Source: an uncultured Sangeribacter sp. (GTDB lineage: Bacteria > Bacteroidota > Bacteroidia > Bacteroidales > Muribaculaceae). From it: DNA of 64,000 bases. The notes under the pieces were generated by a model. It saw only the letters and a program-made list of their open reading frames with translations, was not told the DNA's origin and ran no database searches. The stretch is taken from positions 73,007 through 137,006 of the forward strand of contig CAYPBS010000001.1 in the NCBI GenBank assembly GCA_964409015.1. The letters are read 5' to 3'. Made by a program: the position numbers and the translations under genes. Shown in pieces: positions 19,023-29,759 of this stretch (its first letter is position 1; the number at the start of each line of letters is the position of its first letter).

Positions 19023-19186
19023 ATACGCAAATTTAATCCAATTTCCACAGTCCTCAAACCACTTAATGAAAAATATAAATGCTTTCTAAGACATAAAATA
19101 TATTACTGTACTATAAATCAGTACTTTACAAAATATTTTCGTTAACAAATTTATAACCTTTTTAAGGTTTTATGTCGTAGCATCCG

Positions 19187-20779
19187 TCAACTGAAACTAC
19201 CTATTTTCATAATATCCTCCTCGAAAGTATCGCGATTTATGGCCCTATTGCGCATCTTGTTCCGGTAGGTATATATAGTCGCTGGAGAGTAACGAAGGAT
19301 GCGGGAAATTTTCACGCTTTCGTCCACTCCTAACCTTACGAAGGCATATATCCGCAGTTCGGCAGTAAGCGAGGATTCGTTTTTTAAGGTAATCCGGGAG
19401 TCGGGACGCAAAAGCTTGTTCACTTCCTCGACAAAGTCGGGATAGAGATCAAGGAAAACCTTGTCGAAGTGGTCGAAGAAGTCTTCGTTATGTTCGTCGG
19501 CAAATTTGCCAGACTTAATCATTTTCAGAAGATCCTCGCCCTGCCCGGACGAGATCTTCCGGTCGACCGTTCTGCTCATGGAGCTGAGTTTGTCTGAGTA
19601 ATAGGCACACAAGGCGATGAAATGACCAATATAAGATTCCTGCCGGCGGGTAAGGTTACTGAGCTTCTGCCGTCCATCCACGACTTTCCTTTTCTGTTTT
19701 ATCACCAGCACGAGCATAACTGCTGCTGCTATAAGAAGACATACTGCCACAATGAGGGAAATCGTAATCCACAGACGGGAGCTCTCCACCTTCTGCTTGT
19801 AGGAGTTATCAATCATGGTGATCGCGTCGGCAATCATGCCGGTACGCATTCGGGCATTACCGGAGCTGGCGTCCTTCATGGAAAGATTGATATACTTGTA
19901 AGCGCGCTCTGTGTCTCCGTTCTGGTACAGCCACTCCGCCAGCATGGGGAGAGCCATCCCCTCTTTCACAGCGGCCTGCAGATCGCTCTCGGCCGCCAAG
20001 ACAAGCATATATGCGTACTGATCGGGAGTACCGATCCGCTGATTGACAACAGCAAGCTGATAAGCCGCACGACCGTACAGATTCGACTCCTGAGGTAGAG
20101 TGGCAATGAACGACTCAAGCAGCGGTTTCGCCTCAGCGTATCGTCCTGTGTTTACAAGACGTTCATACTCAAGGAGCCGGCAAAACGGCACGGACGGATC
20201 CATGTTTTTCAGAAGATAATCGGTATAGCTCTCGAGATTCTTCTCTATATCGGGATAAAGTTGTTCATGGCCGGTAACGTATGAGGTCATATAGCTATAG
20301 AGCTGTCGGCCGGCGAGGGCATATCTGATTTTGAAATCCATCGACATGCCTGTCGTGTCGATGGTGGCAAGCATCGACTGGGCTCCGGCAAATATGCCGG
20401 CTGCCGAAAGAGCGTTTATATGGTCTATCCGACTTATTGTCTGCAAAGAATCGTTCCCGAGACTCAAAGCCTCGTCGTAAGCCTTTCCATAATATATCAC
20501 CGAAGAGTCAGACGAAAAATTCTTGAATTTATCGCCCAATTCCTCATACAGCCGCCATCGCTGAACTGAGGGTCGATCCCCGAGCGCTTTCAACTGGTGC
20601 TTGGCTGAGTCAATGGATTTATATTTTTTCCGGTCAAAATTGTTGGCTTTTTTCACCATTTCATCGAGCTTCCGGAGCTCCTTATCAAGGCTCGGAGACT
20701 TACTCCTGTCGCCACAGGAGGCCACGAGAAACAGCACACACAGAAAAGCGGACGCAGTCGCCCGGCAAAGATATCGCAT
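19187..20779 (-). CDS. SusR-like membrane-spanning transcriptional regulator (DUF6377 type)
   Basis: Signal/lipobox, TPR-like periplasmic region, TM helix, 'FDKVFLDLYPDFVEEVNKLL...ELRIYAFVRLGV...IYTYRNKMRNRA' HTH. Confidence 0.85.
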   Translation of the reverse strand: MRYLCRATASAFLCVLFLVASCGDRSKSPSLDKELRKLDEMVKKANNFDRKKYKSIDSAKHQLKALGDRPSVQRWRLYEELGDKFKNFSSDSSVIYYGKAYDEALSLGNDSLQTISRIDHINALSAAGIFAGAQSMLATIDTTGMSMDFKIRYALAGRQLYSYMTSYVTGHEQLYPDIEKNLESYTDYLLKNMDPSVPFCRLLEYERLVNTGRYAEAKPLLESFIATLPQESNLYGRAAYQLAVVNQRIGTPDQYAYMLVLAAESDLQAAVKEGMALPMLAEWLYQNGDTERAYKYINLSMKDASSGNARMRTGMIADAITMIDNSYKQKVESSRLWITISLIVAVCLLIAAAVMLVLVIKQKRKVVDGRQKLSNLTRRQESYIGHFIALCAYYSDKLSSMSRTVDRKISSGQGEDLLKMIKSGKFADEHNEDFFDHFDKVFLDLYPDFVEEVNKLLRPDSRITLKNESSLTAELRIYAFVRLGVDESVKISRILRYSPATIYTYRNKMRNRAINRDTFEEDIMKIGSFS

Positions 20780-21026
20780 GTAAAGGTTTGTATTCAACTG
20801 GTATCGGATGAAGATTGTACAAAGATAGAGATAGGTTACGAAAAGCCCTACACTGTGTCGTAACCTTACAGATGCAAAGATAAATAAAAGAAACGACACG
20901 ACAAATTCATCACCGGATTCTTTTGGGACGAAACAGGATTGAGGAGTTTGCACGGATGTAATTTTTCGATTAATTTTGTACCTTGTAGATAAAAGTGTCA
21001 GAACTCAGACAAAAGCAAAGATAATA

Positions 21027-22256
21027 ATGGTTCAACAACCGGAATATCATCTATTTACGCTTGAGAACGGATTGCAGTGCGTATTCCGTCAGTCATCCGA
21101 CGTGGGATATTGCGGCTTCGCGGTCAATGCCGGGAGTTGCGATGACGGCAAGGACTTCGGACTGGCTCACTTTGTGGAACATACGATCTTCAAGGGGACA
21201 CACAAGCGTCGCAGCAGACACATAGCTTCGAGAATGGAAAGTGTGGGAGGCGACCTCAATGCTTACACATCCAAAGACGAGACCACCGTTTACACGGCAT
21301 ATCCAGCCGGATTCAGCAGCAGGGCGCTTGAATTGCTCGCAGATCTGGCATCCGATTCGATCTTTCCCTCATCCGAGCTTGAAAAAGAGCGAGACGTGGT
21401 AATCGACGAGATCAATCTCTATCTCGACAATCCCGCGGAATCGATCTTCGACGAATTTGAAGACCGGATATTTGCAGGAACTCCCGCGGGCCACAACATT
21501 CTCGGCACACCTGAAAGCGTTTCAGTCATCGACTCTCCCCGATGCCTTGATTTCCGCAGCAGATTTTATACGGCCCGCAACATGGCGGTCTACTGTATGG
21601 ACAACTGCACGCCGTCCCAAGCATTCTCCAACATCAGGAAATTCTTCGGTCCGCTAAAATGCGGGGAACGCAACAACCATGACGCGATCCATCCCGACGC
21701 ACCCACTTTTGAGGAAATAATCACTCAGGAGGGACATCAGGCCCACACGATCCTCGGAACCCGGATAAGCCGGCGCAACGATCCGGAGCGATTCGCCCTT
21801 TTCCTGTTGAACAATCATCTGGGAGGTCCCTCCATGAATTCGCTTCTGAACCGGGAGCTACGCGACAAGCGAGGCTACGTCTATACGGTGGACTCCAGTG
21901 TCAGCCTGATGGATAATTGCGGTGTGTTTCAGATATATTTCGGATGCGACCGTCGCCACACTTCATCCTGCATCAGATTAATACGCCGAATCCTTACATC
22001 TCTGGCTGAAAATACGATGAAACCGGGCATTTTTGACAAAATACGCCGTCAGTATCTCGGTCAGGTCACCGTAAGCAGCGACAATCGGGAATCGACAGCC
22101 ATGGGGCTGGGCAAAAGCCTGCTCAGATTCGGAGAGATCCACGACTACAGTTTCACGACAGAAAGAATCATGGATCTGAAGGCTGAACAAGTCAGAGCCG
22201 CAGCCGAAAAAATATTATCATCCGGCCTCTCACGCCTCACAATAGACCCTGCTTAA
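21027..22256 (+). CDS. M16 family zinc peptidase
   Basis: HFVEH inverted zinc motif, LNAYT, LRDKRGYVY. Confidence 0.9.
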   Translation: MVQQPEYHLFTLENGLQCVFRQSSDVGYCGFAVNAGSCDDGKDFGLAHFVEHTIFKGTHKRRSRHIASRMESVGGDLNAYTSKDETTVYTAYPAGFSSRALELLADLASDSIFPSSELEKERDVVIDEINLYLDNPAESIFDEFEDRIFAGTPAGHNILGTPESVSVIDSPRCLDFRSRFYTARNMAVYCMDNCTPSQAFSNIRKFFGPLKCGERNNHDAIHPDAPTFEEIITQEGHQAHTILGTRISRRNDPERFALFLLNNHLGGPSMNSLLNRELRDKRGYVYTVDSSVSLMDNCGVFQIYFGCDRRHTSSCIRLIRRILTSLAENTMKPGIFDKIRRQYLGQVTVSSDNRESTAMGLGKSLLRFGEIHDYSFTTERIMDLKAEQVRAAAEKILSSGLSRLTIDPA

Positions 22257-22282
22257 CCTCAAATCAAAACAGAATCACACAG

Positions 22283-23302
22283 ATGAAAATCGGTAATCTC
22301 GATCTCGGCCATCAACCTGTGATGCTCGCCCCAATGGAGGATGTCACCGATCCCTCCTTCCGGCTTATCTGTCGCGAACAGGGAGCAAGCATGGTGTACA
22401 CTGAATTCGTATCGGCCGAGGCTCTGATACGCGACATACGTTCCACCGTACGCAAACTCGAAGTCAGCGATGCGGAACGCCCCGTGGCGATACAGATTTA
22501 CGGGCGCGATACAGAAGCTATGGTGGAGGCCGCCCGGATTGTGGAAGAGGCCGGACCCGACATTCTCGACATCAATTTCGGATGTCCGGTAAAGAAGGTC
22601 GCCGGCAAAGGAGCCGGAGCCGGAATGCTCCGTGACATCCCCAAGCTTCTCGACATCACACAAAAGGTTGTGGAGAAGGTCAGTATTCCTGTCACTGTCA
22701 AGACACGGCTCGGATGGGACTGCGAGAATAAAATCATCCATTCGCTGGCTCTCAGCCTTCAGCAACTCGGAATCGCCGGCCTCACCGTACACGGAAGGAC
22801 CCGGAGCCAGATGTACACCGGAGATGCGGACTGGACGCTTATCGGCGAGATAGCAGAGGACGCGCAGTTCACCCTGCCGATAATAGGGAACGGCGACGTG
22901 ACATCGCCGGAGATATGCGCCGACAACTTCCGTCTCTACGGAGTCGACGGCATCATGGTCGGCCGCGCAGCCATCGGCGCTCCGTGGATATTCCACGATA
23001 TACGCCAATATCTCGCCACCGGCTCTTACACACCTCTCTCTCCTGCGGAGAAAATGGGACTTCTTCGCCGCCAGATAGCGGAAAGTGTGGAAAGAATAGA
23101 TGAGTACCGGGGTATATTGCATATCCGGCGTCATCTTGCAGCCACTCCACTCCTAAAGGGGATTCCCGACTTCCGTCCTACCCGGATAAGGATGCTTCAG
23201 GCCGACACACTTGACGAGCTCAACGACATACTCGACGAAATAGAGGTAAAGCATCTTGTGAACCTCGATAAATCCATAGAAATATCCAACGTTTCATTAT
23301 GA
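22283..23302 (+). CDS. dusB: tRNA-dihydrouridine synthase B
   Basis: LAPMEDVTD, DINFGCP, VHGRT, GNGD, MVGR. Confidence 0.93.
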   Translation: MKIGNLDLGHQPVMLAPMEDVTDPSFRLICREQGASMVYTEFVSAEALIRDIRSTVRKLEVSDAERPVAIQIYGRDTEAMVEAARIVEEAGPDILDINFGCPVKKVAGKGAGAGMLRDIPKLLDITQKVVEKVSIPVTVKTRLGWDCENKIIHSLALSLQQLGIAGLTVHGRTRSQMYTGDADWTLIGEIAEDAQFTLPIIGNGDVTSPEICADNFRLYGVDGIMVGRAAIGAPWIFHDIRQYLATGSYTPLSPAEKMGLLRRQIAESVERIDEYRGILHIRRHLAATPLLKGIPDFRPTRIRMLQADTLDELNDILDEIEVKHLVNLDKSIEISNVSL

Positions 23303-24009
23303 AAAGAACAACTTTGATTTTCCTACTTGTGGCTCTCTGCCTCACCGCTTACTCAACAAAGGCTCGAGCAGACATCAACACCTACACTCTCCAAGTCGGA
23401 GAATTCAGCAAGCTTAAAGTCGTCAATGACCTTGAGATAAAATATGTATGCAATGCTGATTCAGCCGGTCTGGCCGTCTTCACTTGCAGCAACAGATTCG
23501 CAGACGCATTTCTGTTTGAAAACAAGAACGGCAAGCTGAAAATTTCCGTAAACACCGATTATAGCCATCTGTCAGATCAGCTTCCGGAAGTCACAGTCTA
23601 CTCCACTTTCCTTGTATCAGCGGAAAACCAGTCAAAATACACGCTCAATATCAGCAGCGTAGCACCCTGTCCGGAGATTTCCTTCAAACAGATCGGCAAC
23701 GGAGCCATAGATGCCGAGAATCTCAAGGCAACCAAAGTGAAAGCCACCATAGCGACAGGAAACGGTGTGATAACCCTAAGCGGGGAGGCAGATGCCGCTA
23801 AATTCGAGATGGTAGGCACAGGAAAGATCATAGCCGACGAGCTTTGTGCCGAAGAGGTCTCCTGCACGGTGTTCGGCACCGGGAGTATCGGTTGCTGGCC
23901 CATCGACAAACTAAGCGTAAAAGGGATGGGGTCGACAACGGTCTACTACAAGGGCTCTCCGGCCGTGATCAAGAAAAGCGGCATAGCTAAAATCGAGGCT
24001 ATGCCCTGA
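23299..24009 (+). CDS. DUF2807 / GIN-domain exported protein
   Basis: Signal peptide; repeated G-x-G-x-I beta-solenoid ending 'YYKGSP'. Confidence 0.75.
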   Translation: MKRTTLIFLLVALCLTAYSTKARADINTYTLQVGEFSKLKVVNDLEIKYVCNADSAGLAVFTCSNRFADAFLFENKNGKLKISVNTDYSHLSDQLPEVTVYSTFLVSAENQSKYTLNISSVAPCPEISFKQIGNGAIDAENLKATKVKATIATGNGVITLSGEADAAKFEMVGTGKIIADELCAEEVSCTVFGTGSIGCWPIDKLSVKGMGSTTVYYKGSPAVIKKSGIAKIEAMP

Positions 24010-24029
24010 CATTCCTTTTCATGACATAG

Positions 24030-25511
24030 ATGAAAACGCAATCCCCGCCATCCCTAAAGCTCAAGACTGCGCGCACCCTGAAATGGAACACCATCGACAG
24101 AGTGTCGTCGCAGCTCCTCTATGCTCTTACGGGGATTGTACTGGCCAATGTGCTTCCTCAATCCGATTTCGGACTTGCCGGAGTCATCCTCATCTTCCAA
24201 GCATTTGCCATCCTTTTCGTAGACAGCGGTTTCGGAGCGGCGTTGCTACAGAAAAAAGATCCTGACGACCGTGACTATTCGACCGTCTTCTGGTTCAATC
24301 TCACCATCAGCATAGCGGTCTACACGGTACTCTATTTCTGTGCGCCACTCATCGCGGACATCTTCCATCACGAGAAGCGACTCATTCTTCTCTCGCGAGT
24401 GATGTTCATAAGTTTCATCATAAGCGGACTGGGTATCGTCCAGACCAACCGCCTTGTGAAGAGAATGGATGTGCGACCCGTCGCCGTCGGCAATATCATC
24501 GGTCTGATATTTTCCGGGGGAGCAGGAATCTGGCTTGCCCTCACCGGAGCCGGCGTATGGGCCTTGGTATGGCAGAGTATCATCTTAGCCGCCGTTAAAA
24601 CAGGATATCTGTGGGTTGTGGAACGATGGGTTCCCAAAGCGGTTTTCTCGATGGAATCGCTGAAAAGAATCTATCGGGTAGGAGCGGGAGTCTTTACCAG
24701 CTCTCTCTTCAACACCATCTTCCTCAACATATATTCTTTCGTGATCGGCGCCACATTCTCATTCTCACGGCTCGGCGACTACACACAGGCCGACAAATGG
24801 AGCAAAATGGGGAGTGCCTCCGTCTCCCAGATTCTCACCTCAACCTTCATACCGGTTCTTTCGCAGTTTCAGGACAATGCCGAAGCCTACCACCGCCTGA
24901 TGCATAAAATCAACGGTTTCACCGCTTTTATCATCTATCCTGTCATGCTGGGACTTGTCGTCACCGCCACTCCTGTCTTTCATCTTCTTTTCAGCACAAA
25001 ATGGGATGCCGCCATTCTGCTGTTCCAGATACTGCTCGTGAGGGGGATTTTCACCGTCCTCACATCAAAGTGCAACAACTATCTGCTGGCCTTGGGCCAC
25101 GCCAAAAGCATCGTGAAACTTGAAGTGCTGAAGGATGTCCTCACCGCTATCGCCATCCTCGCAACAATCTTCATGCACTCTGTCCCGGCACTCGTTTGGG
25201 GACAGATGGTTGCAGGATTTCTCACTTACATATATGCCATTGTCCTCTGCGGGCGAAACACCGGGCTCCCCGTAATCTCTTTCGTTTCGGATCAGAAACG
25301 CTACATATTTCTCACCCTCTTTTCCGTAGTGGCGGCATGGCCGGTATCCAGCCTACCGCTTGCACCGTTGCTGATCATCCTGATACAAACCGGAATCATC
25401 TCAGCCATCTATCTCGGATGTCTGCGACTGCTTCAGGATCCCTACCTTCATCAAGGCATGGAATATCTCTGCGGACGCTTCAAAAAACCATTGCAAAACA
25501 ATCCAATCTAA
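24030..25511 (+). CDS. Polysaccharide flippase (WzxC-like, MOP superfamily)
   Basis: Multiple TMs; 'DFGL...FVDSGFGAALLQKK...YSTVFWFN'. Confidence 0.88.
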   Translation: MKTQSPPSLKLKTARTLKWNTIDRVSSQLLYALTGIVLANVLPQSDFGLAGVILIFQAFAILFVDSGFGAALLQKKDPDDRDYSTVFWFNLTISIAVYTVLYFCAPLIADIFHHEKRLILLSRVMFISFIISGLGIVQTNRLVKRMDVRPVAVGNIIGLIFSGGAGIWLALTGAGVWALVWQSIILAAVKTGYLWVVERWVPKAVFSMESLKRIYRVGAGVFTSSLFNTIFLNIYSFVIGATFSFSRLGDYTQADKWSKMGSASVSQILTSTFIPVLSQFQDNAEAYHRLMHKINGFTAFIIYPVMLGLVVTATPVFHLLFSTKWDAAILLFQILLVRGIFTVLTSKCNNYLLALGHAKSIVKLEVLKDVLTAIAILATIFMHSVPALVWGQMVAGFLTYIYAIVLCGRNTGLPVISFVSDQKRYIFLTLFSVVAAWPVSSLPLAPLLIILIQTGIISAIYLGCLRLLQDPYLHQGMEYLCGRFKKPLQNNPI

Positions 25512-25522
25512 CAGACGACCTT

Positions 25523-26920
25523 ATGAATAAAGAAACCAATCAGGCATTGAAGCCGGGGACGCTTCTTCACCACGGGATCTATAAAATCGACAGAATTATC
25601 GGTCAAGGGGGGTTCGGCATAACTTATCTGGCAACAGACACCGGGCTTCACCGCCACGTAGCGATCAAAGAATTCTTCCCCAAAGATTTCTGCGACCGGG
25701 ACAACGACACCAGCCATGTCACTCCCGGCACACAAAATACAGCCGAATTAGTCAGCCGGCTGAAAGCCAAATTCCTCAAGGAAGCCCGCAACATCAGCAA
25801 GCTCCGGAATCCCTCGATCATAAGTATTTATGCCGCTTTTGAAACGAACAATACGGCCTACTATGTGATGGAATACATCGAGGGAGTGACACTATCCGAG
25901 ATGGTGAAACAATCCGGGCCTCTATCCGAAGAGAAGGCATTGCGATACATCGAGAAAATCGGGAACGCACTTGAATACGTCCACGACAAGAAAATCAATC
26001 ACCTCGATGTCAAACCGGCCAACATCATAGTCCGGACCTCAGACGACGAGCCTATCCTTATCGACTTCGGTCTCTCCAAGCAATACGACCTGACGGGGCA
26101 TCAGACCTCCACCACACCAACCGGTATATCCCACGGTTTCGCCCCAATGGAGCAATATAACGCCGGCGGAGTGAGCGAATTCTCGCCTCAGACCGACATC
26201 TATTCCCTCGCTGCAACCCTATACTATCTTCTCACCGGGAGCATCCCTCCTCCGGCTCCCAGACTTATCGAAGATGAGCTTCCATTTCCTGACAATATCT
26301 CTCCTTACATAGTCAGAGCCATCTCCAAGGCAATGTCCTCAGGCAGAAAAAAACGTCACGACACAGTCAAAGATTTCTTGGCCGACCTCTCGACAAAAGC
26401 AGACCCTGATGAAGCAACCGTGCTCATAAACGAAAAGAGTTGCACAGCCACGAAGAAGACTCATCTCCCTCCTCCGGTAGCCACAGCGGAGGTTGAAGCA
26501 GAGGAAACGCAACTTGAGATTCCTAATGAAACCCCGGTAGTTCCCCCGGCACCTCCTCAGGATACAACAGAAACAACTCCGACTAACTCCGATAACACCT
26601 ATTACACTTATCCTAAAAAGAAAAGCTACAAAAAGGGCTGTATCATAACAGTGGTTGTCGTTCTGTGCCTGTTGGCCTGCGGAGCAATGGCGCTCTATTA
26701 CTATATCGATTCATGGTATGCGACCGATCCTACCATGTACGATAGCGAATCCATTTACACTGAATATAATGAATACGCAGAGGAAGTGGCTGCTGAAGAA
26801 TCAAAAACCGAGTACTATAAATACGAGTATGCACCCGAGGGAGTCGAAGCAGCTGCACCCGAAGCAGAAGCCGCTATGGAAGAAGCAGCAGCTACACGGG
26901 AAGGATCCTATTACTATTAA
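25523..26920 (+). CDS. Hanks-type Ser/Thr protein kinase with Pro-rich linker and TM helix
   Basis: GQGGFG, VAIKE, HLDVKPAN, DFG, APMEQ, DIYSL; TM 'IITVVVVLCLLACGAMALYY'. Confidence 0.92.
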   Translation: MNKETNQALKPGTLLHHGIYKIDRIIGQGGFGITYLATDTGLHRHVAIKEFFPKDFCDRDNDTSHVTPGTQNTAELVSRLKAKFLKEARNISKLRNPSIISIYAAFETNNTAYYVMEYIEGVTLSEMVKQSGPLSEEKALRYIEKIGNALEYVHDKKINHLDVKPANIIVRTSDDEPILIDFGLSKQYDLTGHQTSTTPTGISHGFAPMEQYNAGGVSEFSPQTDIYSLAATLYYLLTGSIPPPAPRLIEDELPFPDNISPYIVRAISKAMSSGRKKRHDTVKDFLADLSTKADPDEATVLINEKSCTATKKTHLPPPVATAEVEAEETQLEIPNETPVVPPAPPQDTTETTPTNSDNTYYTYPKKKSYKKGCIITVVVVLCLLACGAMALYYYIDSWYATDPTMYDSESIYTEYNEYAEEVAAEESKTEYYKYEYAPEGVEAAAPEAEAAMEEAAATREGSYYY

Positions 26921-27044
26921 GAAGAAACAGGCTTTTATGATGAATACCCCCGGACACATTAGAATCTAACTACTAAGGGGTTACCCGTGAGCCTGAAAGA
27001 TTCTCAAAGCTGAAGCATGACTAAATTTGAATACAGATAACACT

Positions 27045-28049
27045 ATGACAAAAACGAGAAAAAACCGGACTAAAGGGATGAAGGCCAAGGCTCTCTATCT
27101 GATCCTTCTTGCCGTCATGATCTTCCCGTTCGATCTCTTCACCACATCCGGGAAACAATTGATCACCCCTCCCGTGGCTCTATTCACCGGGTTGATCTTC
27201 GCATTCATATTCGGCACACCGTTGGCCAAATTCAATAAGATATTGTCAAAATATCTTCTACAGGCATCTGTTGTCGGTTTAGGCTTCGGCATGAACCTTC
27301 AGAAATCGCTTGCCTCGGGAGCAGACGGCATGATCTTCACTATCGTCTCGGTCATCGGAGTAATGATAATCGGAGTGATGCTCGGCCGCTGGATGCATAT
27401 CGACTCCAAAACCTCTTACCTCATAAGCTCCGGCACCGCAATATGCGGCGGAAGCGCCATAGCCGCAGTCGGAGGAGTCATGAAGGCTAATGAGAATGAG
27501 ATGGCGGTATCCCTCGGCGTTATATTCATACTCAACGCCGTGGCACTGTTTATTTTCCCGCCGATGGGCCACATGTTCCAGATGTCCGATCAGCAATTCG
27601 GAACGTGGGCAGCTATCGCCATCCACGACACATCTTCCGTGGTAGGTGCCGGCCAAGCCTACAGTACGGAAGCCTGCGAGCTGGCCACACTTATCAAGTG
27701 TACCCGCGCCCTGTGGATCATACCTCTCGCATTCTTCACGATGTGGTACTTCCGCAATTCCATCAAGGGAGGAGAGGGTAAAGCGCGTGTCAGTATCCCT
27801 TGGTTCATTCTCCTTTTCGTACTGGCCATGGTAGTCAACACCTACTCGCCGGAGAGTTTCCGACCCTTCTATATTTCGCTTGCCGATATAGCCAAGAAAG
27901 CCCTGACAGTCGTGCTGTTCGCCATCGGAGCGGGTCTTTCGCTCAAAGTGGTCCGTCAGGTAGGGGTTAAACCTCTCGTTCAGGCCATACTCCTTTGGGT
28001 AGTCATCGGCGCCGGCAGCCTGATTGTGGTTCTGTATACCATCAAGTGA
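27045..28049 (+). CDS. YeiH / putative sulfate exporter family membrane protein
   Basis: GTAICGGSAIAA, AIHDTSSVVGAG. Confidence 0.88.
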   Translation: MTKTRKNRTKGMKAKALYLILLAVMIFPFDLFTTSGKQLITPPVALFTGLIFAFIFGTPLAKFNKILSKYLLQASVVGLGFGMNLQKSLASGADGMIFTIVSVIGVMIIGVMLGRWMHIDSKTSYLISSGTAICGGSAIAAVGGVMKANENEMAVSLGVIFILNAVALFIFPPMGHMFQMSDQQFGTWAAIAIHDTSSVVGAGQAYSTEACELATLIKCTRALWIIPLAFFTMWYFRNSIKGGEGKARVSIPWFILLFVLAMVVNTYSPESFRPFYISLADIAKKALTVVLFAIGAGLSLKVVRQVGVKPLVQAILLWVVIGAGSLIVVLYTIK

Positions 28050-28129
28050 CCCCATCCGGCAGGGGGGATTTTCCTCAGCTCACAGTCTGCATCATCCAAT
28101 CGACTTAACTTCAATAAATCAACGATACA

Positions 28130-29578
28130 ATGAAAAAATCAGTCCTAACCGCCATGCTCATAGCCATGGCCTCGACCGCAGCAACGGCCCAGACCCCGGC
28201 AGCCGGGCTGCAACAGACCCGTAACGCCCATGTCGACTGGGCCAAGAATGCCGTAATCTACGAAATAAACCTAAGACAGGGCACACCGGAGCGCAACCTC
28301 AAAGGTATGACCCGCGAGCTGCCCCGACTGAAGGACTTAGGTGTGGATATCCTATGGCTGATGCCCATCCATCCTATCAGCGAACTCAACCGCAAGGGGA
28401 ATCTCGGGAGCTATTACGCAGTGGCTGACTACAAGAAGGTCAACCCGGAGTTTGGCACGTTCGACGACCTCAAGGCCTTCGTGGACAGCGCTCACAATCT
28501 GGGCATGAAGGTGATTCTCGACGAAGTATGCAATCACTCCGGATGCGACAACCATTGGGTCAGCTCCAATCCCGAATATTACGCAAGAAACGAAAAAGGG
28601 GAGATGTTCGGCCCCTTCGACTGGACCGATACATACAAATTCGATTACAGCAATCCGCAGATGCGCGCAGCCATGACCGACGCACTGAAATTCTGGGTTC
28701 GTGAAGCTGACATCGATGGCTACCGCGCCGATGTAGCAATGGAAGTGCCCACTGATTTCTGGGAGCGTCTGCGTCAGGAGTTACTGACCGTCAAACCGGT
28801 GTTCATGCTTGCCGAAGCATCCAAACCGGAGCTTACCGTAGCAGGATTCGACGCCGACTACAACTGGCCGATGAAGGACCTGTTTGATGCCATAGCATCG
28901 ACCAAGGGGGAAAACAAATACGCCCGCGACCACAAGAAGAAGCATCCTTCAAAATCGGCTGCCGACATAGATGTGCTTCTAAAAAAACAGGCCAACGAGT
29001 ATCCTGCCGACACTTATCGCATGAATATGGTGACGAACCACGATCTCAACTCATGGGAAGGCACCGAATTTGAGCGTTACGGCAAAGGACTGGGAGCTTT
29101 TGCCGTTCTGAGTTATACTCTGCCCGGTATGCCTATGATGTACACCGGTCAGGAAGTGGGCAACCGTCGCGCCTTTGAATTCTTCGAGCATGATTCCGTA
29201 CCTTCGTACACCGCCAACGAGTTTACATCCTTCTACAAGATGCTCAACTCCCTGAAGCACAAGGAACGCGCTCTTGACGCCGGCATCACCGGCGGACGGA
29301 TGGTACGCTACGCCACGTCGTCACCCGACATCTACGCATTCTCCCGAGTGCTTCCCGACAGCGAGGTTCTGGTCATAGCTAACCTCTCGGACAAGAAGAC
29401 TCCCCTTAAATTCACCGGAAAAAGTTTCCTTCCCGCTGTGGCCGACGGAGCTGCAGAGAGCGAAACCCCGGCAACACTTCCCGATGTAAATGCCTTCACC
29501 GACTGGTTTGCCGGCACTGACGCCAAACTCCCCGCGGAGCTTGCTCCGTGGCAATACCTTGTTCTCGTCCGCAAGTAA
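28130..29578 (+). CDS. Exported GH13 alpha-amylase / neopullulanase-like enzyme
   Basis: Signal peptide; LWLMPI, GYRADVA, LAE, TNHD. Confidence 0.9.
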   Translation: MKKSVLTAMLIAMASTAATAQTPAAGLQQTRNAHVDWAKNAVIYEINLRQGTPERNLKGMTRELPRLKDLGVDILWLMPIHPISELNRKGNLGSYYAVADYKKVNPEFGTFDDLKAFVDSAHNLGMKVILDEVCNHSGCDNHWVSSNPEYYARNEKGEMFGPFDWTDTYKFDYSNPQMRAAMTDALKFWVREADIDGYRADVAMEVPTDFWERLRQELLTVKPVFMLAEASKPELTVAGFDADYNWPMKDLFDAIASTKGENKYARDHKKKHPSKSAADIDVLLKKQANEYPADTYRMNMVTNHDLNSWEGTEFERYGKGLGAFAVLSYTLPGMPMMYTGQEVGNRRAFEFFEHDSVPSYTANEFTSFYKMLNSLKHKERALDAGITGGRMVRYATSSPDIYAFSRVLPDSEVLVIANLSDKKTPLKFTGKSFLPAVADGAAESETPATLPDVNAFTDWFAGTDAKLPAELAPWQYLVLVRK

Positions 29579-29610
29579 CACACCTCCCCGTAAGGCGATA
29601 TAACACTAAT

Positions 29611-29646
29611 CCCCCGGCTTAAACGAAAGTCGGGGGTCGCTTTTTT
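29611..29646 (+). terminator. Rho-independent terminator
   Basis: cccccggctt...agtcggggg followed by T-tract. Confidence 0.7.
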
Positions 29647-29759
29647 CCAATCATATACGCTGTTTACGCCAATAATCTCTATCTTTGCAAAAAAAGAATC
29701 CATAACCTCCGTTCTGCTTCGACAATACCAAAATCATCAATCACCTAAATATAATAATC

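Noticed and set aside
18865-19089. 74-aa plus-strand ORF in the sRNA region
   Set aside because: Non-ATG start, no recognisable features; minus-strand promoter/terminator arrangement explains the region better
25196-25522. Long N-terminal extensions in the ORF track (kinase, pfkA, DAACS, SusR-like, 5274 and 7361 starts)
   Set aside because: They overlap neighbouring genes or promoters; downstream ATGs fit the family N-termini
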